DNA of 61,542 nt, the filler included. It is 8 parts of 8 records of this genome, joined end to end, with 100 filler letters (N's around TTAATTAATTAA, not from the genome) between each part and the next. Parts side by side here need not be neighbours in the genome. Positions count along the whole stretch, not along the records: positions 20,496 to 27,677 come from SRR31147125_158523; positions 27,778 to 41,600 come from SRR31147125_158545; 6 more parts are not named here. One strand, given 5' to 3'. Made by a program: the position numbers and the translations under genes. Under the pieces are notes generated by a model, which had not been told where the DNA came from, ran no database searches, and saw only the letters and a program-made list of their open reading frames with translations. Of this stretch, positions 26,748-36,960 are shown in pieces. The first letter of the stretch is position 1. Each line of letters opens with the position of its first letter.

Positions 26748-27677
26748 TCACTTGGAGTCTTTGGTGGGTAAATTGTGTGAAATATCGAGCGAGTCAAGGG
26801 GGCTTTGGATTCGAGACAGATCTTTATCCATCACATGGGTATAGCGTTCGGTGGTCTTGACATCTGCATGCCCCATCAGCTCTTGCAGCACACGAATATT
26901 GACGCCGTCTTCCAGCATGGTAGTTGCAAAACTATGCCGTAGGGTGTGGCATGTGACGTGCTTTGGAATCGCCGCTTCCCGTGCTGCCCGTTTGACAGCT
27001 TTTTGAAGGCCCGATTCCATGACATGATGTCTTTTTCCTGACCCGACATCGGATCGATGGCTCTTTTTTTCGATGGAAACAGATATTGCCACTGAATTTC
27101 TTTTGCAGCATTTTTGTACTTACGAGCTAATGCTTCCGGCATGGAGACCCCGTAAGATCCATCCCTCAGATCTCGCTGTAACAATGTACGGGAATATTCG
27201 ATTTGAGTTTGCAGTTCCGGGATAACCGGGTCCGGTAAAATGGTAGACCGCCACTTAGAACCTTTTCCTAAAACCCGGATGCGTTTTCGTTCAAAGTCAA
27301 TATCCCCTACCCTCAATCTTACACACTCCATCAGTCTCAGCCCTGATCCGTAAAGCAACTTTGCCATCAATGCATGGCGCCCTTCAATGTGCCGAAAAAA
27401 ACGCTCGATTTCAGATTTGCTGAGAACCGTAGGCAATTTGGATGATTCTTTTGAGCGTGTGGGACTTATCCCCTCCAAAGGTTTGTCAAGCACCTTTTTG
27501 TACAGAAACATCAACGCATTGAGAGCTTGCTTTTGGGTGGCTGCCGATACTTTGTCCTTAACCGCCAAGCTCGACAAAAAACGTTCGACATCTCGTTCAT
27601 TGAGCTCTGACGGATGAACTTTGCAATCGAAGAAAAATATAAAGCGCCGAATCCAGTGACAGTATGTCTGTTCAGTT
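26748..27677 (-). CDS. intI: Integron integrase, 5' truncated, one frameshift at the A5 run near 27032-27036
   Basis: [40 protein letters not shown], integron-specific patch [38 protein letters not shown]. Confidence 0.9.
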
Positions 27678-28047
27678 NNNNNNNNNNNNNNNNNNNNNNN
27701 NNNNNNNNNNNNNNNNNNNNNTTAATTAATTAANNNNNNNNNNNNNNNNNNNNNNNNNNNNNNNNNNNNNNNNNNNNGACAAAGCGCTCCCGCGTGAGAA
27801 GAGGAGGCTACTGGGGAGACAGGGAGTGGGTAATACGGTGCACGTTCCGCAACCTGCGAAAACCGAATTACCGACTCGTGGGGCTGGGTTTTCGACTGGC
27901 GAAGGATTGAATCTTTTTACTAGCAGCAACGTGGGAGAAGATTGATTTTCAGGAAACTGCTGCGATAGACGACAGAAACAAAGACGGGGCCGGGCGTGAG
28001 GGTTCCCCACACACCCGACACCGAGGGAGAAATATGAACAGATACCG

Positions 28048-29229
28048 CTAGTAGGCTGCTCTGTAGATAGCCCGTACATCGTCATCAGTCGGCGTACGTG
28101 GATTGGTCAGTCCGCACGCATCCTTCTGCGCGTTGATGGTCATCGTGTCGATATCCTTGACGAGCACTTTCTTTCCGTAGCGCTTTCCAAGCTCGACCAG
28201 ACCGGCAGGAATGCCGATGTCAGTGGAAAGCGTCTGGATTGCATCGAGCGCCAGTTCGGCCGCTTCTCTTGTCGACAGACCGTCTGTGTTCTCGCCCAGA
28301 AGTTGCGCGATCTTTACGAACCGGTCCATCTTCGCGATCATGTTGAAGCGTTGTACGTGCGGCAGCAGGATGGCATTACACTCACCGTGGGGCAGATCGT
28401 AGAAACCACCGAGCTGATGGGCCATTGCGTGAACGTGGCCGAGGCTCGCGTTGTTGAATGCCATGCCGGCGAGGTACTGCGCGTAACACATACCTTCACG
28501 GGCATCAATGTCGCCTCCGTTGGCAACCGCCGCGCGCAGATGGGTGGCGATCAGTTCGATGGCTTTTTCGGCCGCCGAATCGGTCATCGGCGTGGCGATG
28601 GTTGAGACATACGCCTCGACGGCGTGGGTCAGGGCGTCCATGCCGGTCGCGGCGGTAAGTGCCGGCGGCATGCCCATCATCAGCAGCGGATCGTCGATCG
28701 CGATACCCGGGGTCACCCGCCAGTCGACAATAGCCATTTTGACTTTGCGGGAGGTATCCGTGATGATGCAGAAGCGGGTCATCTCCGAGGCTGTGCCTGC
28801 GGTGGTATTGACTGCGACATACGGAGGCATGGGGTTCGTGGACTGATCCACGCCTTCGTAATCATGAATCGTACCGCCGTTGGCGATGACCAGACCGACG
28901 CCCTTTCCACAATCGTGCGAGCTGCCGCCACCCAACGTGATCAGGGAATCGCATTTATTCTTTTTATATACATCAACCCCGTCGTGGACATTTGTGTCGG
29001 TGGGATTGGGAATGGTTTCATCAAATACCACATAATTCATCTTGGCCGCGTCGAGAAGATCGGTAATTTCCTTGGTGATGCCGGCTCCGGTAATTCCCTT
29101 GTCGGTGACGATGAGAGGCTTCTTCCCTCCCAATGCTTTGATCTTACCAGGAATCTCCTTTGCTGCTCCGATACCGATCAGCGTGACACTGGGAATAAAA
29201 TATCCGTAAACTTCTTCACGTACTGCCAT
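28048..29229 (-). CDS. adh: Iron-containing alcohol dehydrogenase (sulfate-reducer ethanol dehydrogenase type)
   Basis: MAVREEVYGYFIP N-terminus, GGGSSHD, NTTAGTASE, DALTHAVE, HAMAHQLGG..LPHG. Confidence 0.93.
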   Translation of the reverse strand: MAVREEVYGYFIPSVTLIGIGAAKEIPGKIKALGGKKPLIVTDKGITGAGITKEITDLLDAAKMNYVVFDETIPNPTDTNVHDGVDVYKKNKCDSLITLGGGSSHDCGKGVGLVIANGGTIHDYEGVDQSTNPMPPYVAVNTTAGTASEMTRFCIITDTSRKVKMAIVDWRVTPGIAIDDPLLMMGMPPALTAATGMDALTHAVEAYVSTIATPMTDSAAEKAIELIATHLRAAVANGGDIDAREGMCYAQYLAGMAFNNASLGHVHAMAHQLGGFYDLPHGECNAILLPHVQRFNMIAKMDRFVKIAQLLGENTDGLSTREAAELALDAIQTLSTDIGIPAGLVELGKRYGKKVLVKDIDTMTINAQKDACGLTNPRTPTDDDVRAIYRAAY

Positions 29230-29305
29230 GATTGCACCTTTCTTTGTTGTGTTTTTGATTGTACGCAACGAAACGATCCGGTTGCACTTCATCCGCGAAC
29301 ATTAT

Positions 29306-29321
29306 AGCAACCGGCATGCCA
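29306..29321 (-). promoter_or_regulatory. Sigma54 (-24/-12) promoter of adh
   Basis: Minus strand TGGCATGCCGGTTGCT = GG-N10-GC consensus, 77 bp upstream of the ATG; neighbouring sigma54 activator gene. Confidence 0.85.
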
Positions 29322-29469
29322 GCCGCATGTTAAAGAAGCACACATGCATACCTGAAGACGTTTCAGATAACAGTACATGTGATTTATATACAGGTACTTA
29401 ATGAGGTTATGAGAAATAATGGCGCAACGAAGAACAGCCGGCTCCCTATTACGATTATCGGCGCGAAGA

Positions 29470-29516
29470 CGGGTCAGAATGACCCGGAGCAGCGCTCGCA
29501 TGGGTCAGGCTGTCCC
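29470..29516. promoter_or_regulatory. Tandem upstream activator sites for the sigma54 regulator
   Basis: Perfect CGGGTCA-GAA-TGACCCG plus GGGTCA-GGC-TGTCCC 31 bp later; 150-195 bp upstream of the -24 box. Confidence 0.65.
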
Positions 29517-29567
29517 CGGCTGGTCCGTTTGTGCAAACGGTTCAGAACTGCGCTCTGAGCAGATATG

Positions 29568-30899
29568 TCAGTTGGTGTAAGCCGCCAGCTTGCGGTACAG
29601 CGTTTTCCGGCTGATACCCAGCGTATCAGCGGTTTTCTGGCGGTTACCGTCATGAAAATTGAGGATCTTCAGGATATGATGTTTCTCGACCGCCTCGAGG
29701 CTCAACCGGTCGAGGTTGCCGTCACCGTACGACACAAGCTCCCCAGGCAGGCAACGCTCGGTGATAATATTGTTCTCCGCAAGGATCATCGAACGCTCGA
29801 TAACGTTTCTCAACTCTCTCACGTTACCCGGCCAGCGATACCGGAGGATATGGGCCATTGCGTCATCGGTTATCGTGAATGAACGGCTGTCGTGACGCAG
29901 CTTGAGGAGAAAATAGTCGGTCAGCAGTGTCAGGTCCTCACGGCGTTCGCGCAGCGGAGGAATCTCGATGGTAAACGCATTGATGCGGTGGAAAAACGCT
30001 TCGTTGAATGTTCCCTGCTCCACCGCCTGAACCAGATTTCTATTCGTCGCAAGCAACAGCCGAAGATGCGCCTTGCGCTCGGTCTTTTCCCCCATCCGCC
30101 GATACATGCCGGTTTCCAGCACCCGCAGCAGCGAAGCCTGCACTCCCTGCGACAATTCACCGATCTCATCGAGAAACAGAGAAGAGTTGTGGGCATAGGC
30201 GATGAGGCCTTCGCGGGTATCGGTCGCACCGGTGAACGAGCCCTTGACGTGACCGAACAGTTCGCTCCTGGCAAGCTCCTTCTGCAGCGACGCGCAGTTC
30301 TTCACAATCATCGGGTTGCCGCCGCACACCGAGCGTTTATGAATGAGGCGGGCGACCACATCCTTGCCGCACCCGGATTCACCGGTGATCAGCACCGGTA
30401 TCCTGGCCGGGGCGACCTTCTCGATCAGGTAGCCGATGGAGCGGACGGCTTCGGACTGCCCGATGAACCGTACCTCCTCGTCTTCGAGAGAGCTGTGCTT
30501 GAGAATCCGGTTTTCCCGGTCCATCAGCGCGCTCTGGTAGGCCCTGCTCACGACCAGGTCGAGCCGGTCGAGGTTGAACGGCTTCTGGATGAAATCGTAT
30601 GCCCCGACCTTCATCGCCTCGACAGCGCTGTCCACATCGCCGTGCCCGGTGATCATGATCACCTCCACCGACGCAACCCGTTCCTTGACCTCGATCAGCA
30701 ACTCCAGGTCCTGCACATCGGGAAGGCGCAGATCCATGATGATAACGTCTATCCAGTGGTTATGGATCAACGTCCGCGCTTCCGCCCCGTCCGCAGCGGT
30801 CAGGATGGTACGGTTGTCCGAGGCCAGTTCCTTTTCGAGCAGCCGGCGGATCGACGTTTCGTCGTCGACAACCAGTATCGTACATTGTTCCCAGTTCAT
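29568..30899 (-). CDS. Sigma54-dependent response regulator (REC-AAA+-HTH, NtrC family)
   Basis: VVDDE, MDLRLP, GESGCGK, ELFGHVKGSFTGA, FLDEIGE, WPGNVREL, LGISRKTLYRKL. Confidence 0.95.
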   Translation of the reverse strand: MNWEQCTILVVDDETSIRRLLEKELASDNRTILTAADGAEARTLIHNHWIDVIIMDLRLPDVQDLELLIEVKERVASVEVIMITGHGDVDSAVEAMKVGAYDFIQKPFNLDRLDLVVSRAYQSALMDRENRILKHSSLEDEEVRFIGQSEAVRSIGYLIEKVAPARIPVLITGESGCGKDVVARLIHKRSVCGGNPMIVKNCASLQKELARSELFGHVKGSFTGATDTREGLIAYAHNSSLFLDEIGELSQGVQASLLRVLETGMYRRMGEKTERKAHLRLLLATNRNLVQAVEQGTFNEAFFHRINAFTIEIPPLRERREDLTLLTDYFLLKLRHDSRSFTITDDAMAHILRYRWPGNVRELRNVIERSMILAENNIITERCLPGELVSYGDGNLDRLSLEAVEKHHILKILNFHDGNRQKTADTLGISRKTLYRKLAAYTN

Positions 30900-32095
30900 T
30901 ACAGCGTGATCTCCGGTAAAATGACGGTGAACACCGCACCCTCGCCCTCGATACTCGACACCTTGATCTCACCACCGTGACTGGAGACTATGGTAAAGCA
31001 CGTGGAGAGTCCGATACCGACGCCCTGCCCCACCTTCTTGGTGGTGTAGAACGGCTCAAACAGTTTGTCGAGATCTCCTGCGGGAATACCGCAGCCGCTG
31101 TCCTGGAAGGTCAGTTCAACTCCGCCGGATACCGTGGACCGGCTGGATATCCGGATCTCCCCGGGACCGTCGATCGCATCGAGCGCATTGGTGGTCAGGT
31201 TGATGATTACTTGTTTGAGCTGGGACTCGTCCGCCATGACCCGGGGAATCTGCTCCTCCAGATCGGTAATGAGGGTGAGCCCCGGCCGTTCCCGGAATCG
31301 ATGCTTGAGGATAAAGAGCGTTTCGTCTACGCACCGGTTGATTTTGATCGGGGCGAGCGTGGCGGCGAGCGGCCGGGAAAAGGACAGCAGGGTCTTAACG
31401 ATATCACGGCACCGGTTGCACTCCTGGATAATCGTGTCCGTATATTCCCTGAAATCATCGATCGTATCCGGGACCACACCGTTTTCGAGCTTCCTGATCC
31501 TCCGCTGCAGCCCCTCGGCAAACCCGCTGATAGCTGCCAGCGGGTTGTTGATCTCGTGGGCGACACCGGCCGCAAGGGTGCCGACCGTGGCCATCTTCTC
31601 CGCCTGGTTGAACTTTGCCTGCAGCTCCTTGTCGCGGGTCACATCGCGTTTGAACAGCAGGAGGTTGCGCCCGCCGCCCGCGCCGGCCTTGATCGGCGAT
31701 ACGATGATATCGAAATGGCGATATTCATTGTCGATCAGGTAGATGCAGTGATCCTTCACGATCCGACCCAACTTCAGCGCCCGGCCTGCCGGACACTCTT
31801 CACACCCGGAATGCGGCTTCTCGAAAATATCGGTATAGCGCTTCCCGATCGGCTCGATATCGGGGAACCAGGTCCTGAAGACATGGTTGACCCGCAGAAT
31901 TTCGAGGTCTTCGGATAGGACCATCATCAGGTCGGTTATCCCATCGACGACGGCCTGTATCTCCTGCCGGTTCCGATCCAGTTCCTCGTTGGAACTCCTA
32001 AGCTGCTCGACCTTCTGCTGCAGATCCTGGTAGAAGCCGAGCTTGCAGTGTTCGATCCCGACCAGATCTTCGAGAGACGCAATCGAGTTCCCCAT
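30899..32095 (-). CDS. Cytoplasmic PAS sensor histidine kinase (ErcS-like)
   Basis: LVGIEHCKLGFY N-terminus, PAS, AAGVAHEINNP, EPFYTTK..GQGVGIGL; 1-bp overlaps with both neighbours. Confidence 0.9.
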   Translation of the reverse strand: MGNSIASLEDLVGIEHCKLGFYQDLQQKVEQLRSSNEELDRNRQEIQAVVDGITDLMMVLSEDLEILRVNHVFRTWFPDIEPIGKRYTDIFEKPHSGCEECPAGRALKLGRIVKDHCIYLIDNEYRHFDIIVSPIKAGAGGGRNLLLFKRDVTRDKELQAKFNQAEKMATVGTLAAGVAHEINNPLAAISGFAEGLQRRIRKLENGVVPDTIDDFREYTDTIIQECNRCRDIVKTLLSFSRPLAATLAPIKINRCVDETLFILKHRFRERPGLTLITDLEEQIPRVMADESQLKQVIINLTTNALDAIDGPGEIRISSRSTVSGGVELTFQDSGCGIPAGDLDKLFEPFYTTKKVGQGVGIGLSTCFTIVSSHGGEIKVSSIEGEGAVFTVILPEITL

Positions 32096-33243
32096 CACCA
32101 CACCTCCTCGCAGATCTCGAGCATTTCCCGCCAGGACGTCGGCCGAGGATTGGTAAGGTTGCACGCATCGTTCACGGCCATCCGGCAGATCGGTTCGAGA
32201 TAGCGCCTGTCTTTCTCGGGGACCTCGTCGCTCAATCTGAGCGACACCCCGAACGACGCAAAAAACTCATCGAGTCTCTCGATGCCGGCCAGCGCATTGA
32301 TCCGTGCATCACCGTGATCCTCGCCATAGATTACGCGCCCGAGTACACCCATTTTCTCCGTAGTCCAGTCGAGGTTGTAGCGCATGATCGCGGTAATCAG
32401 GATCGGATGAACAACCCCGTGCGACATATCGAACTGGCCTCCGAGGGAATGAGCAAGTGCGTGCTCCGCCCCGAGGCTCGCGTTGGAAAAGGACATGGAC
32501 GCGGCCACCGAGGCGATGCTCAGTTGTTCCAGCGCGTCCAGCGATTTCGACCTGACCGCCTCGGGCAGGGAGCGGATGATCAGGTCGACCGCTTTAAGCG
32601 ACTGCATCTCGGTGAACGGGGATGCAATCGTGGATGTATACGACTCGATCGCGTGTGTCAGGGCATCCACCGCCGACTGGACGATCAACGTCTCGCTCTT
32701 GGTCTGCAGGATCAGCGGGTCGACGATCGCGATATTGGGAACCAGCGTACGGGTGATAATCGACATTTTTACCGCCCGCTTCACATCGGTAATTATGCAG
32801 AACTGGGAGATATCGGAGCCTGAGCCGGCGGTCGTCGTGATCAGCATCATCGGCGGCAGCGGTCGGTGTACCCGGTTGGCCCCTTCATAATCCTGAATGC
32901 TGCCGCCATTGCTGACGAGAATGGCAATGCCTTTCGCCGTATCCAGTGACGAGCCGCCGCCGATCGCGATTATGACATCCGCCCCCTGTTCCCGGTAGAA
33001 CTCGGCGCCTTCGGCCACCTGGTAGTCGCGCGGATTGGACGTTACCCCCGAGTAGTACGCCCACCCGATCCCCTCTTCATTGAGGATCTTCTGCAGCTTC
33101 TCAACCCAGCCCGCCTCTTCAATTCCCGAATCGCTGACCAGTAAGACCTTGCGCGCACCAAGCCGCAGGGCACACTGACCGGCATGGTTCAAGCTCCCCC
33201 GGCCGAAGATGATTTCCGGTATCGCAAATTTTGTGATGTCCAT
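32095..33243 (-). CDS. Iron-containing ADH-like regulatory protein (ErcA/Adh2 type)
   Basis: KFAIPEIIFGRGSL, GGGSSLD, TTAGSGSDISQF, DALTHAIE; translationally coupled to a kinase-regulator pair. Confidence 0.85.
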   Translation of the reverse strand: MDITKFAIPEIIFGRGSLNHAGQCALRLGARKVLLVSDSGIEEAGWVEKLQKILNEEGIGWAYYSGVTSNPRDYQVAEGAEFYREQGADVIIAIGGGSSLDTAKGIAILVSNGGSIQDYEGANRVHRPLPPMMLITTTAGSGSDISQFCIITDVKRAVKMSIITRTLVPNIAIVDPLILQTKSETLIVQSAVDALTHAIESYTSTIASPFTEMQSLKAVDLIIRSLPEAVRSKSLDALEQLSIASVAASMSFSNASLGAEHALAHSLGGQFDMSHGVVHPILITAIMRYNLDWTTEKMGVLGRVIYGEDHGDARINALAGIERLDEFFASFGVSLRLSDEVPEKDRRYLEPICRMAVNDACNLTNPRPTSWREMLEICEEVW

Positions 33244-33853
33244 GGTATCCGGTTGATGATGCTTACGCTGCCTGGTGTATCAAAATGACACATCTGGGAG
33301 TTCGCGGAGAGGAAAAGCATCAAGCGTGACATTTCGCAGATTACAAGCGTTAACAAAATCAAGTCACATCAAGGGAACAGATCTATGGTCATCCCCCTCT
33401 GCTGCAAAGTAGTATCTAAAATTAACGAGATTATACACACACTCAAAACGCTTTGCATGAAATTATGACTCGGAAGAGTCTACGAGATCTTATCTCAGGG
33501 CACCCCGCAGGCATGCGGCTTTCGTCTTGAACTAATAGAAAGTCAAATGTTCGGAGCAATTCTTTACAGCGGAGCACAGCATCGAATTGCAGAAAAGAAG
33601 ACCCGGCTCAGCGAACACCCCTGCGTTTAGTACCGGACATTCATGAGTGGACCAGTTTCACATACCAGGCGGCTGACTGCATCTGAATGACATAGGCAAG
33701 CGAAATGAGCAGCGCGATCGCTATTTTCTCGTATCCCGGCTTCACTTTTCTGTAGTATCAGGGTATCACCTGATAAATAGGCGAAGTTTCCAGAGCAAGC
33801 CGAGAAATCCTTTATCAACCTTGGATTACTGAACACCCGGGAATATCGAGGTA

Positions 33854-34702
33854 ATGAAACGTCTTCTGCACGACCCGCTCATCCATTTTCTCCTTATCGG
33901 AGCCGCGCTGTTTATCATTTTTGAACTATCCTCCCCCGCTTCGGAGGAACAGGAGAACACGATCGTCATCAGCAATGGTGATCTGGATGCTTTGCAGGCA
34001 GGTTTTACCCGCACGTGGCAGCGCCCTCCGACGGATGAGGAATTTAAACGTATCGTCGGGGACATGATTCGTGATGAGATTGCCTATCGCGAAGCCATCG
34101 CGATGGGGCTCCACCAAGACGATCCCATCATCCGCAAAAGACTGCGGATGAAAATGGAGCTGCTTCTCGAGGATATGGCCGCTCTTACCACACCGACGGA
34201 GGAGGAACTGCAGACCTTTCTCCAGGAAAATCGATCGGATTACGAACAGGAACCCCAGTTGGCCTTTGCTCAGGTTTATATCAGCAGCGATCGAACAAAA
34301 ACTGACACGGATGCATTCATCGCCCGCACGCATGAAGAACTCCGGCTTGCAGGCCCCGACGCCGACCCAGCCCCGTTCGGCGACTCAATCATGCTGCCGT
34401 CACGCTTTTCGCTCTCTCCCATATCACAGATCGCCAGGGACTTCGGCCGGGAATTTACCGCCCAGCTTCTGCAATCGAAAACAGGCGCCTGGGTTGGCCC
34501 CCTGCGTTCCGGATACGGGTATCATCTTGTTAATATCAAACAGCTGATCCCGGGAAGAGATCCGGATCTGAGCGAAATACGCCAGGCAGTCGAGCGGGAC
34601 TGGTCTGAAATACGAAGGAAGGACCTCATAGAGCAGACCTACTCGAAACTGCAGGACCACTATCAAGTAATTGTCGAGGGATCGACGGAAATCGATGGGT
34701 AA
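33854..34702 (+). CDS. Parvulin-like peptidyl-prolyl isomerase domain protein
   Basis: DPLIHFLLIGAALF anchor, TWQRPPT, YREA.AMGL..DDPIIRKRL, FGREF, W.GPLRSGYGYHLV. Confidence 0.82.
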   Translation: MKRLLHDPLIHFLLIGAALFIIFELSSPASEEQENTIVISNGDLDALQAGFTRTWQRPPTDEEFKRIVGDMIRDEIAYREAIAMGLHQDDPIIRKRLRMKMELLLEDMAALTTPTEEELQTFLQENRSDYEQEPQLAFAQVYISSDRTKTDTDAFIARTHEELRLAGPDADPAPFGDSIMLPSRFSLSPISQIARDFGREFTAQLLQSKTGAWVGPLRSGYGYHLVNIKQLIPGRDPDLSEIRQAVERDWSEIRRKDLIEQTYSKLQDHYQVIVEGSTEIDG

Positions 34703-35717
34703 ATGCTTCTTCATACAAACAGTGCTGCTGCTCGTGGCTGCGGTTCTGCTGTCAGGGGGGATACGCAGTGGTTTCGCCCACGAATCGCAGCCGGGTTCCG
34801 TGGAGATCAGGCAACAGGCCCGGGACCGGTATGAGATTACCTGGCGCGCCCCCATCTATTATGGCAGGCCCCATCCAGCGCGTATAGAGTTTCCGGAACA
34901 GTGGGAGATACTCGGTCAACCCATAGAGCGCAGGAAAAGTGATGCCATCGTGTTCCAATATTTCGTTACAACCGACGGGGCTGGCCTGGAAGGCGCCGTG
35001 ATCCGCTTCCCCGGACTCGAGGCGACGATTACCGACGTCTTTGTCCGCCTGACGCGTACAGACGGTACCGTCATGTCGACCGTGGCCCGGCCGACCAGGC
35101 CATGGGCTGAGCTGCGCGGAAAACTGGCGTGGCACCAGAACGCGCGAGAACATCTGTTTCTCGGGTTCCATCACATCCTGCTCGGCGTGGACCATCTGCT
35201 GTTCGTGCTGGGACTGCTGCTGATCGTCAAAAGCCGAATGCTGCTGGTAAAGACGATCACCTCGTTCACCCTTGCCCACTCCATTACCCTCGGTCTGGCC
35301 ACTCTTGGTTATGCAACAATGCCGCTGCCGCCCCTCAATGCGGCGATAGCGCTGTCTATCCTGTTTCTCGGCCCCGAGGTGGTGCGGGCCCGCCGGGGAG
35401 AGACGAGCCTCACGATCAGATTCCCCTGGCTGGTTGCGTTTGCCTTCGGCCTCCTGCACGGGTTCGGGTTCGCCAGCGGCCTTGTCGTCAGCGGCATGCC
35501 CAGGGCGGACATCCCGTGGGCCCTGCTCTGGTTCAATGTCGGCGTGGAATTCGGCCAATTGCTCTTCGTGGCTGTCGCCCTCGCCCTTGCCCACTCCTTC
35601 AGAATCCTGGAAATCTACTGGCCGAGGTGGCTCCGCGCGACACCGGGGTACGTGGTCGGCAGCCTCGGTGCTTACTGGACAATTCAACGATCACTACTGC
35701 TCATTGGAGGGCTGTGA
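34695..35717 (+). CDS. HupE/UreJ-2 family membrane protein with periplasmic N-terminal domain
   Basis: Signal ending FAHE; LGFHHILLGVDHLLFV, TSFTLAHSITL, FGLLHGFGFA, FNVGVEFGQ. Confidence 0.88.
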   Translation: MGKCFFIQTVLLLVAAVLLSGGIRSGFAHESQPGSVEIRQQARDRYEITWRAPIYYGRPHPARIEFPEQWEILGQPIERRKSDAIVFQYFVTTDGAGLEGAVIRFPGLEATITDVFVRLTRTDGTVMSTVARPTRPWAELRGKLAWHQNAREHLFLGFHHILLGVDHLLFVLGLLLIVKSRMLLVKTITSFTLAHSITLGLATLGYATMPLPPLNAAIALSILFLGPEVVRARRGETSLTIRFPWLVAFAFGLLHGFGFASGLVVSGMPRADIPWALLWFNVGVEFGQLLFVAVALALAHSFRILEIYWPRWLRATPGYVVGSLGAYWTIQRSLLLIGGL

Positions 35718-35718
35718 G

Positions 35719-36327
35719 ATGAAACACAGAGACCGTTTGCCTCACGTGTGGCTGTTGTACCTGTTCCTCAGTTGTATCCTCCTGCCAGAACTTGCCGAAG
35801 CTCATATAGAGCAGGGGCAGGCGGGCGGCTTCGTCACCGGCATGCAGCACCCGTGGTCCGGACTCGACCATATCCTCGCCATGGTCGCCGTCGGCCTGTG
35901 GGGAGCGCAACTGGGCAGTCCCGCCATCTGGGTTCTGCCGGTCACATTTCCCATCGTGATGTCTTTCGGAGCGGTGCTCGGGCTGCTGGGTATACCCGTG
36001 CCCGGGGTCGAGGCAGGCATCGCGGTATCAGCAATCCTGCTTGGGGCGATGGTTTTGGGCGAAGTCCGTCCCCCCCTGGCCGTTGCGGCAGTCATGGTGG
36101 GCATCTTCGGTATTTTTCACGGACATGCCCATGGTACCGAGTTACCCCCGGGGCAGAGCGGGATGCTCTATTCGATGGGATTTGTTATTGCCACCGGCTG
36201 TCTCCACGGACTCGGTATACTTATCGGCCTGATACATCGCTGGCCCGCCGGAAAATTGATTCTGCGCGGAGCAGGTGCAGCCATCGCTGCAATGGGTTGT
36301 TTGTTTCTCTGGCAGGCGGTGGCATGA
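35719..36327 (+). CDS. HupE/UreJ Ni/Co transporter family protein
   Basis: AEAH, HPWSGLDHILAMVAVGLW, FHGHAHGTE, ATGCLH. Confidence 0.9.
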   Translation: MKHRDRLPHVWLLYLFLSCILLPELAEAHIEQGQAGGFVTGMQHPWSGLDHILAMVAVGLWGAQLGSPAIWVLPVTFPIVMSFGAVLGLLGIPVPGVEAGIAVSAILLGAMVLGEVRPPLAVAAVMVGIFGIFHGHAHGTELPPGQSGMLYSMGFVIATGCLHGLGILIGLIHRWPAGKLILRGAGAAIAAMGCLFLWQAVA

Positions 36328-36956
36328 ACGGACTTCCCCGGCTCCCCTCTCCACGATGTGCTCTGATCGCGTGGCTTGCGGGTAGTATCGGCGTGGGCAT
36401 CTTCCCGGCAGATGCCAGCGCACACCTCGTCTCCACCGGTATGGGGCCGGTATATGACGGCATCGGTCACCTCCTGCTGACACCCGAAGATCTGCTCCCC
36501 GTACTGGCGGCTGCATTCTATGCCGGCCTCCGCGGTGCACAGACCGGTCGCTCTTTCCTGTTTCTCCTCCCCGCCGCCTGGCTGGCCGGCGGCATCCTGG
36601 GCCTGCAGGCAGGAGGCGCGATATCTTTCCCGTTGCCTGCAATTTCGATTATCCTGACCGGTCTGCTGGTGGCGGCGGATGTACGGCTCCCTCCCCGGAC
36701 GGCCGCCGTTGTCATTGGAATCATAGGTCTTCTGCATGGTTATCTCAACGGCATTATCCTCGAGACCGGTCCCGGCCTGGCGGGTCTGCTCGGTATCACG
36801 GGCGCATTATTCGTTCTGCTTTCCATTACGTCCGCTCTGGTCATATCCCTCAGGCAACCGTGGACGCGTGTGGCCGTGCGCGTCCTGGGGAGCTGGACTA
36901 CGGCTGTCGGAATCCTGATGCTTGGCTGGCACTTCGCCGGCGGACTGGCGGCATAG
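36324..36956 (+). CDS. Divergent HupE/UreJ family protein
   Basis: ASAH, GIGHLLLTPEDLL, LLHGYLNG, VRVLGSW; ATGA overlap with the previous gene. Confidence 0.82.
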   Translation: MNGLPRLPSPRCALIAWLAGSIGVGIFPADASAHLVSTGMGPVYDGIGHLLLTPEDLLPVLAAAFYAGLRGAQTGRSFLFLLPAAWLAGGILGLQAGGAISFPLPAISIILTGLLVAADVRLPPRTAAVVIGIIGLLHGYLNGIILETGPGLAGLLGITGALFVLLSITSALVISLRQPWTRVAVRVLGSWTTAVGILMLGWHFAGGLAA

Positions 36957-36960
36957 AAAG

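Noticed and set aside
27778-28040. Structured RNA downstream of adh (contains GACTGGCGAA)
   Set aside because: Only a probable terminator-like stem near 27985-28025; the other ZTP-riboswitch elements are absent
29892-31918. Long plus-strand ORFs (362 and 313 aa), and similar ones such as 24058-25158 and 34752-35687
   Set aside because: Antisense shadows of well-supported GC-rich genes
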